Assembly (NCBI GenBank): GCA_964591715.1
Contig: CAZQDR010000001.1
Span: 1,487-65,486 of the forward strand
DNA from: an uncultured Candidatus Saccharibacteria bacterium
GTDB taxonomy: Bacteria; Patescibacteriota; Minisyncoccia; Phycocordibacterales; JACOZG01
Direction of reading: 5' to 3'
Length of the DNA: 64,000 bases
The number at the start of each line of letters is the position of its first letter. The first letter of the stretch is position 1. The position numbers and the translations under genes are program-made. Below the pieces are notes generated by a model. It saw nothing but the letters and a program-made list of their open reading frames with translations, had not been told where the DNA came from and ran no database searches. Positions 24,752 through 34,000 of this stretch are shown here, one piece after another.

Positions 24752-25494
24752 TTAAGAAGCAGCGGCTACAGCAGCCGGAGCGGGCGTTGGCGTCACCTGT
24801 TGGGTGCGGCCTTCGTCGTAAGCTTTGGTAAGTTCCTCAAGTAAAAATTTAATGGAAGCGGTGCTGGCATCGTTGGCAACAATCGGATAGGCAATGCCGC
24901 GGATGTCGTTATCAGAACCGGAAATGCTGATTACCGGAACGCCAACCTTGCTGGCCTCGGTAACGACAATCCGTTCATGACCAAGACAGCGGCAGGCAAC
25001 TTGGTCATGGCCATTAAGCTGCCCAAGTAGCGCTCGAGACCGGCAATTTCTTTATCGATCAGCAGGCGCTCCTTCTTGGTGTACTTCTCCAAGAGCTCAC
25101 CGCTGGCACGCTGCTCCTTCAGGAGAGCTAGGCGGTCCATGCGGGATTTAATTTGCGAGAAGTTGGTGAAGGTACCACCCAACCAGCGCGAAGCCACGTA
25201 GGGCATATCAATTAGTTCGGCTGCTTTGGTGATTAAACCACGAGCCTCGTCCTTGTTCCCCACCAAAACTAATTGCTTGCCCTCACGAGCGAGACCACGG
25301 ATAAACTCCTTGGCCGTGTCCAAACCGGCGACCGTCTTCTCTAAGTCGATCACGGCCGAACGATTTTTAAAACCGAAGATATATTTTTTAACTGACGGGT
25401 GACTGCGCGACTTGGAATAGCCGAAATGCGCCCCTACGGCAAACAGGGCCTTGATCAAGCTGTCTTTATCGGTCGTTTTCGTTTCTATAACCAT
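24752..25494 (-). pseudogene. rpsB: 30S ribosomal protein S2, interrupted by an apparent frameshift near 24977-24982
   Basis: Frame A (ATG 25494) ...ALFAVGAHFGYSKSRSHPSVKKYIFG...LGSLMAMTKLPAAVLV then stops at 24931. The C-terminal S2 segment HERIVVTEASKVGVPVISISGSDNDIRGIAYPIVANDAS...GR... is in another frame ending at the TAA at 24752-24754 (6 nt before tsf start). Hand-translated on the minus strand. Confidence 0.75.
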
Positions 25495-25543
25495 GGGGAA
25501 AAGTCTATCAAAGGTGGGGTCTTTTGGCAACCCGGTGGCCTAC

Positions 25544-26959
25544 TTATTGAGGATTTACGCCACCAACCAGGTATTCAAAGATAATCGCAGTATTGCTGCC
25601 GGTCGCGTTCTTAAGGGGAACATTCTCTACAACTGGTCCCGGAGTCTCGGCCACAATATTAACTGTGTATGGACTGTTGGTGTTAAAGCTCTTGTCGTAG
25701 CTTGGAATACGGATCGCGAAGTAAAGTTTATTGGCTGAGTTTTGGCTTAGGGGTGCGAGGGATGGAAAAGACAAACCGGTGCAAGATTGCCAGTCCCCTT
25801 CCTGGGCGGTAGCATTCGGACTCAAACGACACTGCACTGACGCCACTTCATTAAGCGCTGTGCCCGTTCGGCCGAGAATTGATCCCACCACTCTCACATT
25901 ATTAAGGGTGGTATCGCCAGCATTAACAATCACCACCGGTCGAGTAGCCGCCTTGGCACCGATTGACTGCTGAATAATTGAAATGCGGTGGCTGCTACCC
26001 TGGTCGATCTCCAAATCACCCCCCGTGCCAGCCGGAATAGGAACGCAAGCCGAACCATTCCACATATTACCGGCCGTACATGCCCCCACCGAAACAGTAT
26101 TCAAACAAGCCTGATTCAAAACCAGTGGCGTCGGTGAACTGTCAGTAATCTGCAAACTAGCAGATTTGGTACCAGCCGTAGTGTAGGTTTTGGTAGCGGG
26201 TGTTACGTTTAGGCCTGGTCCGCCAGTACCACTCAATGACTCTGTGCCTGACCATGAATAGGTGTAGGGAGCAACGCCACCACTCGGGGTGTTGGCGGTC
26301 CAGGTAACAGCGGTAACATTAGCCGTGGCGGAAGTGACGGAAGGAGCACAAGCCACCGCTAAACCCGTCGTGGTAGTCCCTCCGGCGCAAACTTTAGGAT
26401 TGGCGACTGGGTCACAGGGCACATCTGGCGGAGTAGCACCGATAGGTAGGTTGGGATTAAAATTGACCCAGCCCACCACTTCCCCACCCCAGGCAAAATC
26501 ATAAAATGTTTTACTGCCATCTGCGGTGCTCGCCTTAAGTTTAACCCCATAGTTGGCACCAGTGTCGCCAGATTCCTTGGCGAGCTTAATCCAACCATCC
26601 CAGCCGCCAGACTCAGCCGAACCACCACTTAAAGCCTTGGCCCAGCCACTCGCATTAGTACCCGAAACTTGCGCGAGAGTTTTGCCAGGTTCGCCAAAGC
26701 GAATCCAGCCAATGTTGGAGCTCCAAGCATAACCTTCCAGTTTACCATCCCCCTTCAGGGTGACTTTAAAATTTTGAGGGCTGCCACCTGGACTATTACT
26801 ACTGTTAAAACTAATCCAGCCAATGTTGGAGCTCCAGGCCCAGCCTCTCAAATCGACATCAGCATCTGCTTGAGACTGATTGACCTTCAGATTAAACGCC
26901 GCGGCGACAACTACAATGAGAACTAACGCTAGCAAAAAGCTCAATATTTTTTTAGCCAT
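25544..26959 (-). CDS. secreted repeat protein (471 aa) with W-rich WSSNIGWI(S/R)F repeats and Thr/Gly/Ser-rich region
   Basis: Signal peptide/TM MAKKILSFLLALVLIVVVAAAF; repeated GWAWSSNIGWISF / GYAWSSNIGWIRF / DFAWGGEVVGWVNF; long T/S/G-rich low-complexity stretch; no known catalytic motif. Confidence 0.6.
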   Translation of the reverse strand: MAKKILSFLLALVLIVVVAAAFNLKVNQSQADADVDLRGWAWSSNIGWISFNSSNSPGGSPQNFKVTLKGDGKLEGYAWSSNIGWIRFGEPGKTLAQVSGTNASGWAKALSGGSAESGGWDGWIKLAKESGDTGANYGVKLKASTADGSKTFYDFAWGGEVVGWVNFNPNLPIGATPPDVPCDPVANPKVCAGGTTTTGLAVACAPSVTSATANVTAVTWTANTPSGGVAPYTYSWSGTESLSGTGGPGLNVTPATKTYTTAGTKSASLQITDSSPTPLVLNQACLNTVSVGACTAGNMWNGSACVPIPAGTGGDLEIDQGSSHRISIIQQSIGAKAATRPVVIVNAGDTTLNNVRVVGSILGRTGTALNEVASVQCRLSPNATAQEGDWQSCTGLSFPSLAPLSQNSANKLYFAIRIPSYDKSFNTNSPYTVNIVAETPGPVVENVPLKNATGSNTAIIFEYLVGGVNPQ

Positions 26960-27000
26960 AAAAATGAGAAATTGATATGGCTTTATTGTAGCACGGGGGT

Positions 27001-27966
27001 TTAGGCTTCGGTCTCTTTCTTATCCACAGCCTGAAGCGTGGTAATGATTGGATCGAGAAAGCCGAGGAAGATCTTCTCGATATTGTGCCAGGATTCCTTA
27101 ATCCGGTGATCGGTGACGCGATCTTGATCAATATTGTAAGTGCGGATTTTCTCCGAACGATCGCCGGTGCCAATTTGCGAGCGTCGCTCACTGGCTTGTG
27201 ACTTGGCAGCCGCCTCCTCTTTAGCCACACTTAGTTTAGACATTAAAATAGCCAGCGCCTTCTCCTTATTGCGCGCCTGACTGCGCTCGCTGGTCGAGCG
27301 AACCACCATACCCGTTGGCTTGTGAGTAATCCGGACCGCGGTTTCCACCTTGTTCACATTTTGGCCGCCCTTGCCGCCCGAGCGGGAGAAAGTAATTTCC
27401 AAATCGCTCGGCGGTACACTCAAGTCCTCAACTGGGCGCAGAGGCAAAATCACGACCGAAGCGGTGGAGGTATGAATGCGCCCCTGCTTCTCGGTCACCG
27501 GTACGCGTTGGATGCGATGGACCCCGGTCTCGTATTTTAAAGCTTCGTAGGCTCCGAGACCGCGGATCTCAAACGACGCCTCCTTGTAGCCACCGATCTC
27601 ATTTTGGGAATCATCAATCAAAGTAAACGACCAGCCTTTTTGTTCGGCGTAGCGATGATACATCTCGGCTAGCTCACGCGCAAAGAGCGCCGACTCATCA
27701 CCACCGGCACCGGCGCGCACTTCCAAAATCAAAGCATTGGGCGAGGCCGCATCCTCCTCCTCGTCTTTACCAACAATCGCTTCGGCTTGGGTTAAAATTT
27801 CTTGCTTCTGCTTTTCCAGTTCCGCAATTTCTTCCTTGGCTAACTCTTGCATTGAGACGTCGCCATCGGCCAAACTTTGGGTGTCACGAATTTTAGCGTC
27901 GAGTCGATCGTACTCGAGCATTAAATATTGGGTTTTAGGATTGTCGCGAAATGGGGCGGGATCCAT
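27001..27966 (-). CDS. prfA: peptide chain release factor 1
   Basis: GGQ motif ([24 protein letters not shown]); P-V-T tripeptide ([14 protein letters not shown]) of RF1 type rather than SPF of RF2. Confidence 0.85.
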   Translation of the reverse strand: MDPAPFRDNPKTQYLMLEYDRLDAKIRDTQSLADGDVSMQELAKEEIAELEKQKQEILTQAEAIVGKDEEEDAASPNALILEVRAGAGGDESALFARELAEMYHRYAEQKGWSFTLIDDSQNEIGGYKEASFEIRGLGAYEALKYETGVHRIQRVPVTEKQGRIHTSTASVVILPLRPVEDLSVPPSDLEITFSRSGGKGGQNVNKVETAVRITHKPTGMVVRSTSERSQARNKEKALAILMSKLSVAKEEAAAKSQASERRSQIGTGDRSEKIRTYNIDQDRVTDHRIKESWHNIEKIFLGFLDPIITTLQAVDKKETEA

Positions 27967-27969
27967 GAG

Positions 27970-28233
27970 TTAAGCCTCAGAAGAAGCTTTCTCTCGGTTG
28001 GAAGTCTTTTTAGCTTTCTTGGGCGCCGTGGAGGCTTTGGCGCTGCGAGTCTTAAACTTCTCGACACGGCCAGCGGTATCCATAAGCTTCTCCGTACCGG
28101 TATAGAACGGATGGCAGGCGGTGCAGATTTCGACTTCTAGCTTTTCTTTTGTTGAGCCCACTTTAAAGGTGTTACCGCAAGCGCAGGTAACCGTCGCGGC
28201 CTCAAAGTAGGTTGGGTGGATTTCCTTTTTCAT
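27970..28233 (-). CDS. rpmE: 50S ribosomal protein L31
   Basis: [28 protein letters not shown]...[10 protein letters not shown] matches bL31. Confidence 0.9.
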   Translation of the reverse strand: MKKEIHPTYFEAATVTCACGNTFKVGSTKEKLEVEICTACHPFYTGTEKLMDTAGRVEKFKTRSAKASTAPKKAKKTSNREKASSEA

Positions 28234-28247
28234 ATGGCGGGAGTATA

Positions 28248-29606
28248 TCAGGTATTTTGGAGGGGGTCAATCATATTAATTTGAATGTCTGAGGCCTTGG
28301 CCATAACTTGATTACCATAGGTACAAGAGGCCCCGCCCGTACCGTAATACTTGCAGGCAGCGCGGACTTCGGCACTATAGCCACCACCGCTCGCGCCAAG
28401 ATCACGTAAAAACAGGGCCGAGGCCATGAAGGCGTCGCTGGCATTCCAGGGGTCAGGGTTAGCCTTGCCGACGGCCGCGGCGATCGTGCTCTCCAGCCCC
28501 TGCCAGGTCGAAGGGATAAACTGGGCCGGTCCCATGGCACCGCCAAAGCCGCGGCCAACATAATATTTAGTACTACCGATCGGGCAAGACACTGGCGTCG
28601 ACTTCCAATCCATCCCCAGCCGTGAGGTGATGTCCACAAAGGGCACAGTATCTCGGGGAGGCTTCATCACTTTTTCAAACACCGTGCCAGTATTCTTACC
28701 CACGCCATTACCGGTCGTTAGATCGGTCAGTAAACACGAACCGACATTTTGTCCCAAGTTAGACTCCTGCTTTAAAATCGCCAAAATAAAAGCCGGTCGA
28801 ACGCCAGTCTTAAGCGAGGCGGCCGTAGCGTACTCAAGCGCTTTACCAAACTGGATCGCAGCGCTATCACGCAAGCCAAACAAGGCCGCTCTAATTTGGG
28901 CGGCTTTCTTTTGTCGCTCGGCTAACACCGACTGGTAAGCGGCCTCCTGACCTTTATTGATCTTCAATAAAACATTCTTCTCCGATTCACGTTTTTGGAT
29001 AACTTGCTGTTGGGTCTCAATTAATTTTTGGGCATCAATGGTTTTATTCTTCTGCTGTTCAAGAGCGGCCTTTTCCTCATGGGCGGCGTTCTCGGCATTG
29101 CGCAGTTCAGCAAACGAGTCGTGCAACGCGATTTGTACTTGATCAATTTCCTCTAGTCGGTTAAAAAAGTCAGACAAACGGTTATTACCCAGGACGATTT
29201 CCGGTAAAGAGTCTGTGTTACTGTCGCGACTTTTACGCAACAGCTCCGCCAATGAGGCTTGCTCACGTTTGATTTTGGCATCTAGGGCGCTAATTTTACC
29301 GTTACGTTCGGCAATGTCACTGTCGAGCCGGCTAATTTGCACCTTCTTGGCTTTAATATCAGTTTGCGCTTGTTTGATCTGAGATTTAAGCAAATCAATA
29401 TCCCCTTGCACGGTGGCGGTCTCACGCTGTTTTTGCAATAAAAGTTTAGTTTGTTCGGCAATCGCCCGCTCCTCCGCCTCCAAGTCGGCTTGGAGTTGAG
29501 CCCGCTGGGCCTCAATCGCGCTCGTACTTTGTTGGGCCCGTGTCGAGAGTGGCCCTAGAAAGCCAAACAATATGAGTACAACAAAAAACAGCCTGATGGA
29601 TTTCAT
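28248..29606 (-). CDS. secreted coiled-coil protein with C-terminal lytic-transglycosylase-like (SLT_2/MltB-like) domain
   Basis: Signal peptide; ~250 aa of Q/E/K/A-rich coiled coil; C-terminal ...[10 protein letters not shown]...[14 protein letters not shown]... resembles the ES...GPMQFMPSTW catalytic motifs of MltB-type transglycosylases. Confidence 0.6.
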   Translation of the reverse strand: MKSIRLFFVVLILFGFLGPLSTRAQQSTSAIEAQRAQLQADLEAEERAIAEQTKLLLQKQRETATVQGDIDLLKSQIKQAQTDIKAKKVQISRLDSDIAERNGKISALDAKIKREQASLAELLRKSRDSNTDSLPEIVLGNNRLSDFFNRLEEIDQVQIALHDSFAELRNAENAAHEEKAALEQQKNKTIDAQKLIETQQQVIQKRESEKNVLLKINKGQEAAYQSVLAERQKKAAQIRAALFGLRDSAAIQFGKALEYATAASLKTGVRPAFILAILKQESNLGQNVGSCLLTDLTTGNGVGKNTGTVFEKVMKPPRDTVPFVDITSRLGMDWKSTPVSCPIGSTKYYVGRGFGGAMGPAQFIPSTWQGLESTIAAAVGKANPDPWNASDAFMASALFLRDLGASGGGYSAEVRAACKYYGTGGASCTYGNQVMAKASDIQINMIDPLQNT

Positions 29607-29633
29607 CAGACTTAGTATAGCAGAAGATGAGAT

Positions 29634-30287
29634 TTACTCGCCAGCAGCCTCGGCGGGAACTTCGCCCTCTTCCTCCTTCTTACCCTTCTTTTCTACCTCA
29701 ATCGTGGAGAGATCCACTGGAGCTTCGTCAATTGGTTCGTCCTTGGCCACGCTAATAGCCGCCACCACCGTTTCCGCCTCAGCCAAAACCTTAACACCAG
29801 CGGGAATCTTAAGATCCTTAACCAAGATCTGGCTATCAAGGGCAGCAAGAGTGCTAATATCAACTTCGATATCGTGAGGAATGTCCATTGGCAAAACTTC
29901 AATTTCGAGTTTGTGAATTACCTTAACGAGTGTACCGCCCAAATCCTTAACGGCTGGAGATACTCCCTCGTAGCGAAGAGGTACATCAACCTCAACGGTC
30001 TTGGTTTTATCAACCACCAAAAGATCGGCGTGCACTGGCTCACCGTTAACGGGATGGAAGGCAACCTCGTGGATTAAAACATCCTTCTTCACCTCCCCAG
30101 CATCAACAGTGATCATAGTGGACTCACCAGCCTGACTTAGGATTTTCTTAAACTCCTTGGTGGCCACCATCAAAGCGAGGGCCTTATCCTTGGCACCATA
30201 AAGAATCACCGGCATTTTGCCGGCCTGGCGAGCCGTTTTGAGCTCTTTGCCGAAAATGTCGCGCTTTTCTGCGCCAAGTTTTAACAT
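29634..30287 (-). CDS. rplY: 50S ribosomal protein L25 / general stress protein Ctc with acidic C-terminal tail
   Basis: Start at ATG 30287 (MLKLGAEKRDIFGKELKTARQAGKMPVILYG...), typical bL25/Ctc; Glu/Lys-rich tail. Confidence 0.8.
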   Translation of the reverse strand: MLKLGAEKRDIFGKELKTARQAGKMPVILYGAKDKALALMVATKEFKKILSQAGESTMITVDAGEVKKDVLIHEVAFHPVNGEPVHADLLVVDKTKTVEVDVPLRYEGVSPAVKDLGGTLVKVIHKLEIEVLPMDIPHDIEVDISTLAALDSQILVKDLKIPAGVKVLAEAETVVAAISVAKDEPIDEAPVDLSTIEVEKKGKKEEEGEVPAEAAGE

Positions 30288-30320
30288 GCTGGATAGTATA
30301 TAGAATACTGGAATAAAGTC

Positions 30321-30348
30321 AAAAACGGCCACCCGGTTAAGGGTGGCC
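30321..30348 (-). terminator. rho-independent terminator (minus strand)
   Basis: ggccaccc(30327-30334)/gggtggcc(30341-30348) with loop ggttaa; A-run 30321-30325 on + gives a T-run on minus. Confidence 0.6.
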
Positions 30349-30356
30349 GAGCGGGC

Positions 30357-30590
30357 CTAATCGTCGCAGGCGGCGGCGGCCTCGACCATGTTGGGATGGT
30401 GGCGCCGGCCTGGCGGATGGGACCGGATCATTTCCATTCTTTGAGTATTATCCAGCCCCGTGTCGTCGATAACACCGTACGAGCTCCATCCCTCAGGAGG
30501 ATTTTTGGCCTCAACGATCTCCGTCCGTGAGCGAAATGAATTGAACCGAATAAACAATCGCATCATACTGCACCCCTTCCATTGGTTCAT
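30357..30590 (-). CDS. questionable small ORF (77 aa) between 2-hydroxyacid dehydrogenase and terminator
   Basis: No SD, low-complexity C-terminus (RRHHPNMVEAAAACDD); lies in the transcribed 3' region upstream of terminator 30321-30348. Confidence 0.2.
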   Translation of the reverse strand: MNQWKGCSMMRLFIRFNSFRSRTEIVEAKNPPEGWSSYGVIDDTGLDNTQRMEMIRSHPPGRRHHPNMVEAAAACDD

Positions 30591-30623
30591 CCAATAGAAT
30601 TAAAGTCCAAGCGAACGCTGGAT

Positions 30624-31592
30624 TTATTTTACCAAGTTCGGCGGCGTTTGTCCCTCCACGGCGGCGATAATATTCTCCGCGGCAATGCGGGCCATCTCAT
30701 CTCGGGCAAATTCGGTCGCCGAGGCAATGTGCGGCGTCAACACCACATTCGGCAAATCCTTCAAACCTTCGGCCAGCTTCGGCTCAAATTCAAAGACATC
30801 CAAACCAGCACCGCGAATCGTCCGGTTTTTAAGCGCCTCAACCAAAGCCACTTCATCAATCACTGGTCCGCGCGAGGTGTTGACCAAAATGGCGTTCGGC
30901 TTCATCATGGCTAGCCGCTCTTTATTAATTAAGTGTTGCGTCGTTGGCAAAAGCGGCACGTTAACTGAAACATAGTCGGCCACCTTTAAAACCTCTTCGA
31001 CATTGGGTTCGTAAACTGCACCATACTCCTTTTCAACCTCCTCATTCCGAACCACATCATAATAAACGACCCTCATTTCAAAACCCTTAACGGCGTGGAG
31101 CGCGGTCCGAGACCCAATCCGGCCCAGACCCAAAATACCGAGCGTCTTGCCCGAAAGTTCCGTGCCCAACAAGAGCATCGGTGCCCAACCCACATACTGG
31201 CCAGTGCGAACAAAGGTGTCCGCTTCCACAATCCGCTTGGCCACAGCCATCATCAGCGTCATCGCATGCTCGGCCACCGCGTTGGTTAAGACACCCGGAG
31301 TGTTTGAGAGCAAAACATTGTGAGCCGCCGCATCAGCTAAATTAAAGTTATCAAAACCAACCGCGTAGTTAGCAAAAATTTTGGCCGTGGGCACCGCCTC
31401 AAAGACTTCGGCATCAATTTTATCGGTCAAAAGCGATAGCACCGCGTCATAGGGTTTAGCTTTGAGGGCTGCTAGTAATTCCTCACGGGTCAGGGCACCA
31501 TCTTTAGTACTAATATCCACCTCATAGCCTTTGGCTTGCAACATTTCGACCGCCTTTTGGGGAATAACTCGGGTTACGTAGACTTTTGCCAT
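30624..31592 (-). CDS. D-isomer-specific 2-hydroxyacid dehydrogenase (glycerate DH / hydroxypyruvate reductase-like)
   Basis: NAD-binding GxGxxG (LGILGLGRIGSRTA); catalytic R/E/H arrangement typical of D-2-HADH family; 322 aa. Confidence 0.8.
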   Translation of the reverse strand: MAKVYVTRVIPQKAVEMLQAKGYEVDISTKDGALTREELLAALKAKPYDAVLSLLTDKIDAEVFEAVPTAKIFANYAVGFDNFNLADAAAHNVLLSNTPGVLTNAVAEHAMTLMMAVAKRIVEADTFVRTGQYVGWAPMLLLGTELSGKTLGILGLGRIGSRTALHAVKGFEMRVVYYDVVRNEEVEKEYGAVYEPNVEEVLKVADYVSVNVPLLPTTQHLINKERLAMMKPNAILVNTSRGPVIDEVALVEALKNRTIRGAGLDVFEFEPKLAEGLKDLPNVVLTPHIASATEFARDEMARIAAENIIAAVEGQTPPNLVK

Positions 31593-31600
31593 TTTAAATT

Positions 31601-32464
31601 TTAAAGATTGTTATAAAGTTTTAATTTTGCTTCGACGACTTTCTGCATTGCCGCAACGCCCGGCTTCATAAACTTGTAAGGTGCCACTTCATCCGGATTA
31701 TCCTGCAGTGACAACTTAAGCGCATCACGATAAGCCACGCGCAGTTCGGTATTGATGTGAACCATCGCCACGCCGGCGGCAATTGCCTCTTTAAAGTCCG
31801 CCTCCGAGTTACCCGAGCCGCCATGGAGCACAAGCGGCACGCCGGCGGCCGCCCGCACCGCCCGCACGCGCTCAATGTCGAGCCGCGGGTCCGGTCGGCC
31901 CTTTAACATGCCGTGGATATTGCCGACCGCCGGCGCCAAAAGATCCACGCCAGTGGCCTCAACGAACTGCTTGGCCACTTCGGGCTTGGTCAGATCATCA
32001 CCCTGGGCCGCACCCTCCGGCACCTCGTCCAACAGTTTGGACGAGGTGCCGATGTAACCGAGTTCGCCTTCCACCAAAATGTCACGATCTTGACCACGAG
32101 CGTAATCCACACATTGTTTAGCTTGGACAATATTTTCCTCAAGCGACAATTTAGCCCCGTCAAAAATTACCGAGTCAAAACCAGCATCAATCGCCTCTTT
32201 CACCCGCTCAAATGAGTAAGTATGATCCGCGTTTAAAAAGATTGGATAGCTAAATTCTTCGCGAATGCTTTTTACTAGCGCCGCTACCGCCTTAACGCCA
32301 ATAAAATCCCGTTCGCCTTCCGAAACGCCAATAATAATGGGCAGGCTTAAGGCCTTGGCCGCATTAAAGACCGCCCATACCCCCTCACTGTCGGAGATAT
32401 TGAAGTGGCCTAAGGCCACTTTGCGCGCCTCCGCCTCCGCAATCGCCTGTCGTAATGTTTGCAT
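31601..32464 (-). CDS. fba: class II fructose-bisphosphate aldolase
   Basis: ...ALGHFNISDSEGV..., ...PIFLNADHTYSF..., ...LVLHGGSG... class II FBA motifs; start placed at second ATG (MQTLRQ..., cat 32462-32464) because a TATAAT box overlaps the first ATG. Confidence 0.85.
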   Translation of the reverse strand: MQTLRQAIAEAEARKVALGHFNISDSEGVWAVFNAAKALSLPIIIGVSEGERDFIGVKAVAALVKSIREEFSYPIFLNADHTYSFERVKEAIDAGFDSVIFDGAKLSLEENIVQAKQCVDYARGQDRDILVEGELGYIGTSSKLLDEVPEGAAQGDDLTKPEVAKQFVEATGVDLLAPAVGNIHGMLKGRPDPRLDIERVRAVRAAAGVPLVLHGGSGNSEADFKEAIAAGVAMVHINTELRVAYRDALKLSLQDNPDEVAPYKFMKPGVAAMQKVVEAKLKLYNNL

Positions 32465-32471
32465 GGGCACC

Positions 32472-32477
32472 ATTATA
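32472..32477 (-). promoter_or_regulatory. -10 box TATAAT 7 nt upstream of fba start (leaderless-type)
   Basis: minus-strand ...aaggTATAATggtgcccATG... Confidence 0.35.
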
Positions 32478-32535
32478 CCTTACTCGCTCGGCCATGGTAA
32501 AATAGGGCGGTGCCATTAGCAATTAAATTTTAACT

Positions 32536-32925
32536 ATGGAACCAGCTTCAACCCCTGCCCAAATGACTAGTCCAACCTCACCAGCCGCTGCCGTTGCGAG
32601 CACCTGGTCTTGGGGCTCTTTTATGTTCGATCCGGTCGTGATAATCGCCACTGAACGCTACAAGTGGTTACTAGTTTACTTGCTGATGTTTATTCCGATT
32701 GTAAATATGATCGCCCTCTTGGCAGTTAAAATCTATTTTGGTTTGAACGGCCAGGAGTTTGTGATGTCGAGCACCGCCTTCGCCAATAACGACGAGAAAA
32801 GAGGCTTCTTAAAGGGTATCGATAAAGCTGGTAAGATTCTCTTCTTCATTGGCTTGGCGCTAATTGCCGTGAGCTTTATTTTTGGCTTCGGCGCTGCCAT
32901 GACAATGGTCCGCTTCGGTCGCTAA
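32536..32925 (+). CDS. hypothetical membrane protein (129 aa, 2-3 TM)
   Basis: hydrophobic helices (WLLVYLLMFIPIVNMIALLAV; ILFFIGLALIAVSFIFGFGAAM); Pro/Ser/Thr-rich N-terminus. Confidence 0.5.
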   Translation: MEPASTPAQMTSPTSPAAAVASTWSWGSFMFDPVVIIATERYKWLLVYLLMFIPIVNMIALLAVKIYFGLNGQEFVMSSTAFANNDEKRGFLKGIDKAGKILFFIGLALIAVSFIFGFGAAMTMVRFGR

Positions 32926-32931
32926 GCCACT

Positions 32932-33927
32932 ATGGATAACCAAGAATTCGATTTTATTGCCATTGGTGACATTACTACTGACGCTTTTATTCGCATTAAA
33001 GAGGCGAATGTTCACTGTCAGGTTAATAAGGAAGAGTGCCAAATCTGTATGCGCTTTGGCGATAAAATCCCCTACGAGTCCGTTACCGTGGTACCCGCCG
33101 TTGGCAACTCGCCAAACGCCGCCGTCTCGGCCGCGCGCCTAGGGTTAAAGTCGGGTCTAGTTTCTAATCTCGGCGCTGACCGTAACGGCGAGGAAGCTTT
33201 GGCCGCCCTGGCCCAAAATCAAGTTGACGCGCGGTTCGTTAAACAGCACGCCAACAAACCAACTAATTATCACTACGTGCTGTGGTACCACGATGATCGC
33301 ACTATTCTCATCAAGCACGAGGAGTACGAGTACGAACTGCCAGACATTGGTACGCCGAAGTGGATTTACTTAAGCTCGCTCGGAGAAAATTCGCTCCCCT
33401 TCCAGCACGCGATTGCTAAATATGTTGGCGAACGACCGGGTATCAAACTGGCCTTTCAGCCCGGCACCTTCCAGATCAAGTCGAGCGAAGAACTAGCTGA
33501 CGTTTACGGCGTTACCGAAATCTTCTTCTGTAATGTTGAGGAGTCGCGGCGAATCTTAAAGAGCACAGAGACAGAAATTATTCCGCTGCTTCAAGGCGTC
33601 AGCGCGCTCGGACCAAAAGTGGTGGTGATTACTGACGGCCCACGTGGCGCTTATGCTTATCAAAATGGTGAAGCCTGGTTTATGCCACCTTACCCCGATC
33701 CTAAACCACCGCTCGAGCGGACCGGTGCCGGCGACTCGTTTGCCTCCACCTTTACCGCCGCCTTGGCGCTTGGTAAAACAATTCCGGAAGCGCTACGTTG
33801 GGGACCAATTAACTCAATGTCGGTCGTGCAAAATATCGGCGCCCAGGCCGGACTCCTCCCTCGCGCCGCGCTGGAAACCTACCTCGCGAACGCCCCGACT
33901 GATTACGAGGCCAAGAAAATTTTGTAA
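32932..33927 (+). CDS. PfkB-family carbohydrate kinase (ribokinase-like)
   Basis: N-terminal FDFIAIGDITTDAF; C-terminal anion hole TGAGDSFASTFTAALALGK typical of PfkB kinases. Confidence 0.8.
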   Translation: MDNQEFDFIAIGDITTDAFIRIKEANVHCQVNKEECQICMRFGDKIPYESVTVVPAVGNSPNAAVSAARLGLKSGLVSNLGADRNGEEALAALAQNQVDARFVKQHANKPTNYHYVLWYHDDRTILIKHEEYEYELPDIGTPKWIYLSSLGENSLPFQHAIAKYVGERPGIKLAFQPGTFQIKSSEELADVYGVTEIFFCNVEESRRILKSTETEIIPLLQGVSALGPKVVVITDGPRGAYAYQNGEAWFMPPYPDPKPPLERTGAGDSFASTFTAALALGKTIPEALRWGPINSMSVVQNIGAQAGLLPRAALETYLANAPTDYEAKKIL

Positions 33928-33939
33928 GTTTTTTAGCGA

Positions 33940-33985
33940 TTAAAAAAAGAAAAGCCCCGGACGCTTGGCGCCGGGGCTTTTTGAT
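33940..33985. terminator. bidirectional rho-independent terminator
   Basis: A-run, then gccccgg(33954-33960)...ccggggc(33971-33977), then TTTTTG; serves + pfkB and the minus 234-aa gene. Confidence 0.65.
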
Positions 33986-34000
33986 TTGATTTCTTTCTCC

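Noticed and set aside
24931-25010. Programmed ribosomal frameshift in rpsB
   Set aside because: There is no slippery heptamer or obvious downstream stimulatory structure at the junction, and S2 is not known to use recoding. An assembly indel is more parsimonious. It is kept as a finding to be checked against reads.
32465-32473. First ATG of fba (32473) as the start
   Set aside because: A TATAAT hexamer overlaps this ATG. The second ATG, 9 nt downstream, sits 7 nt after the -10 box, like the other leaderless genes in the window.
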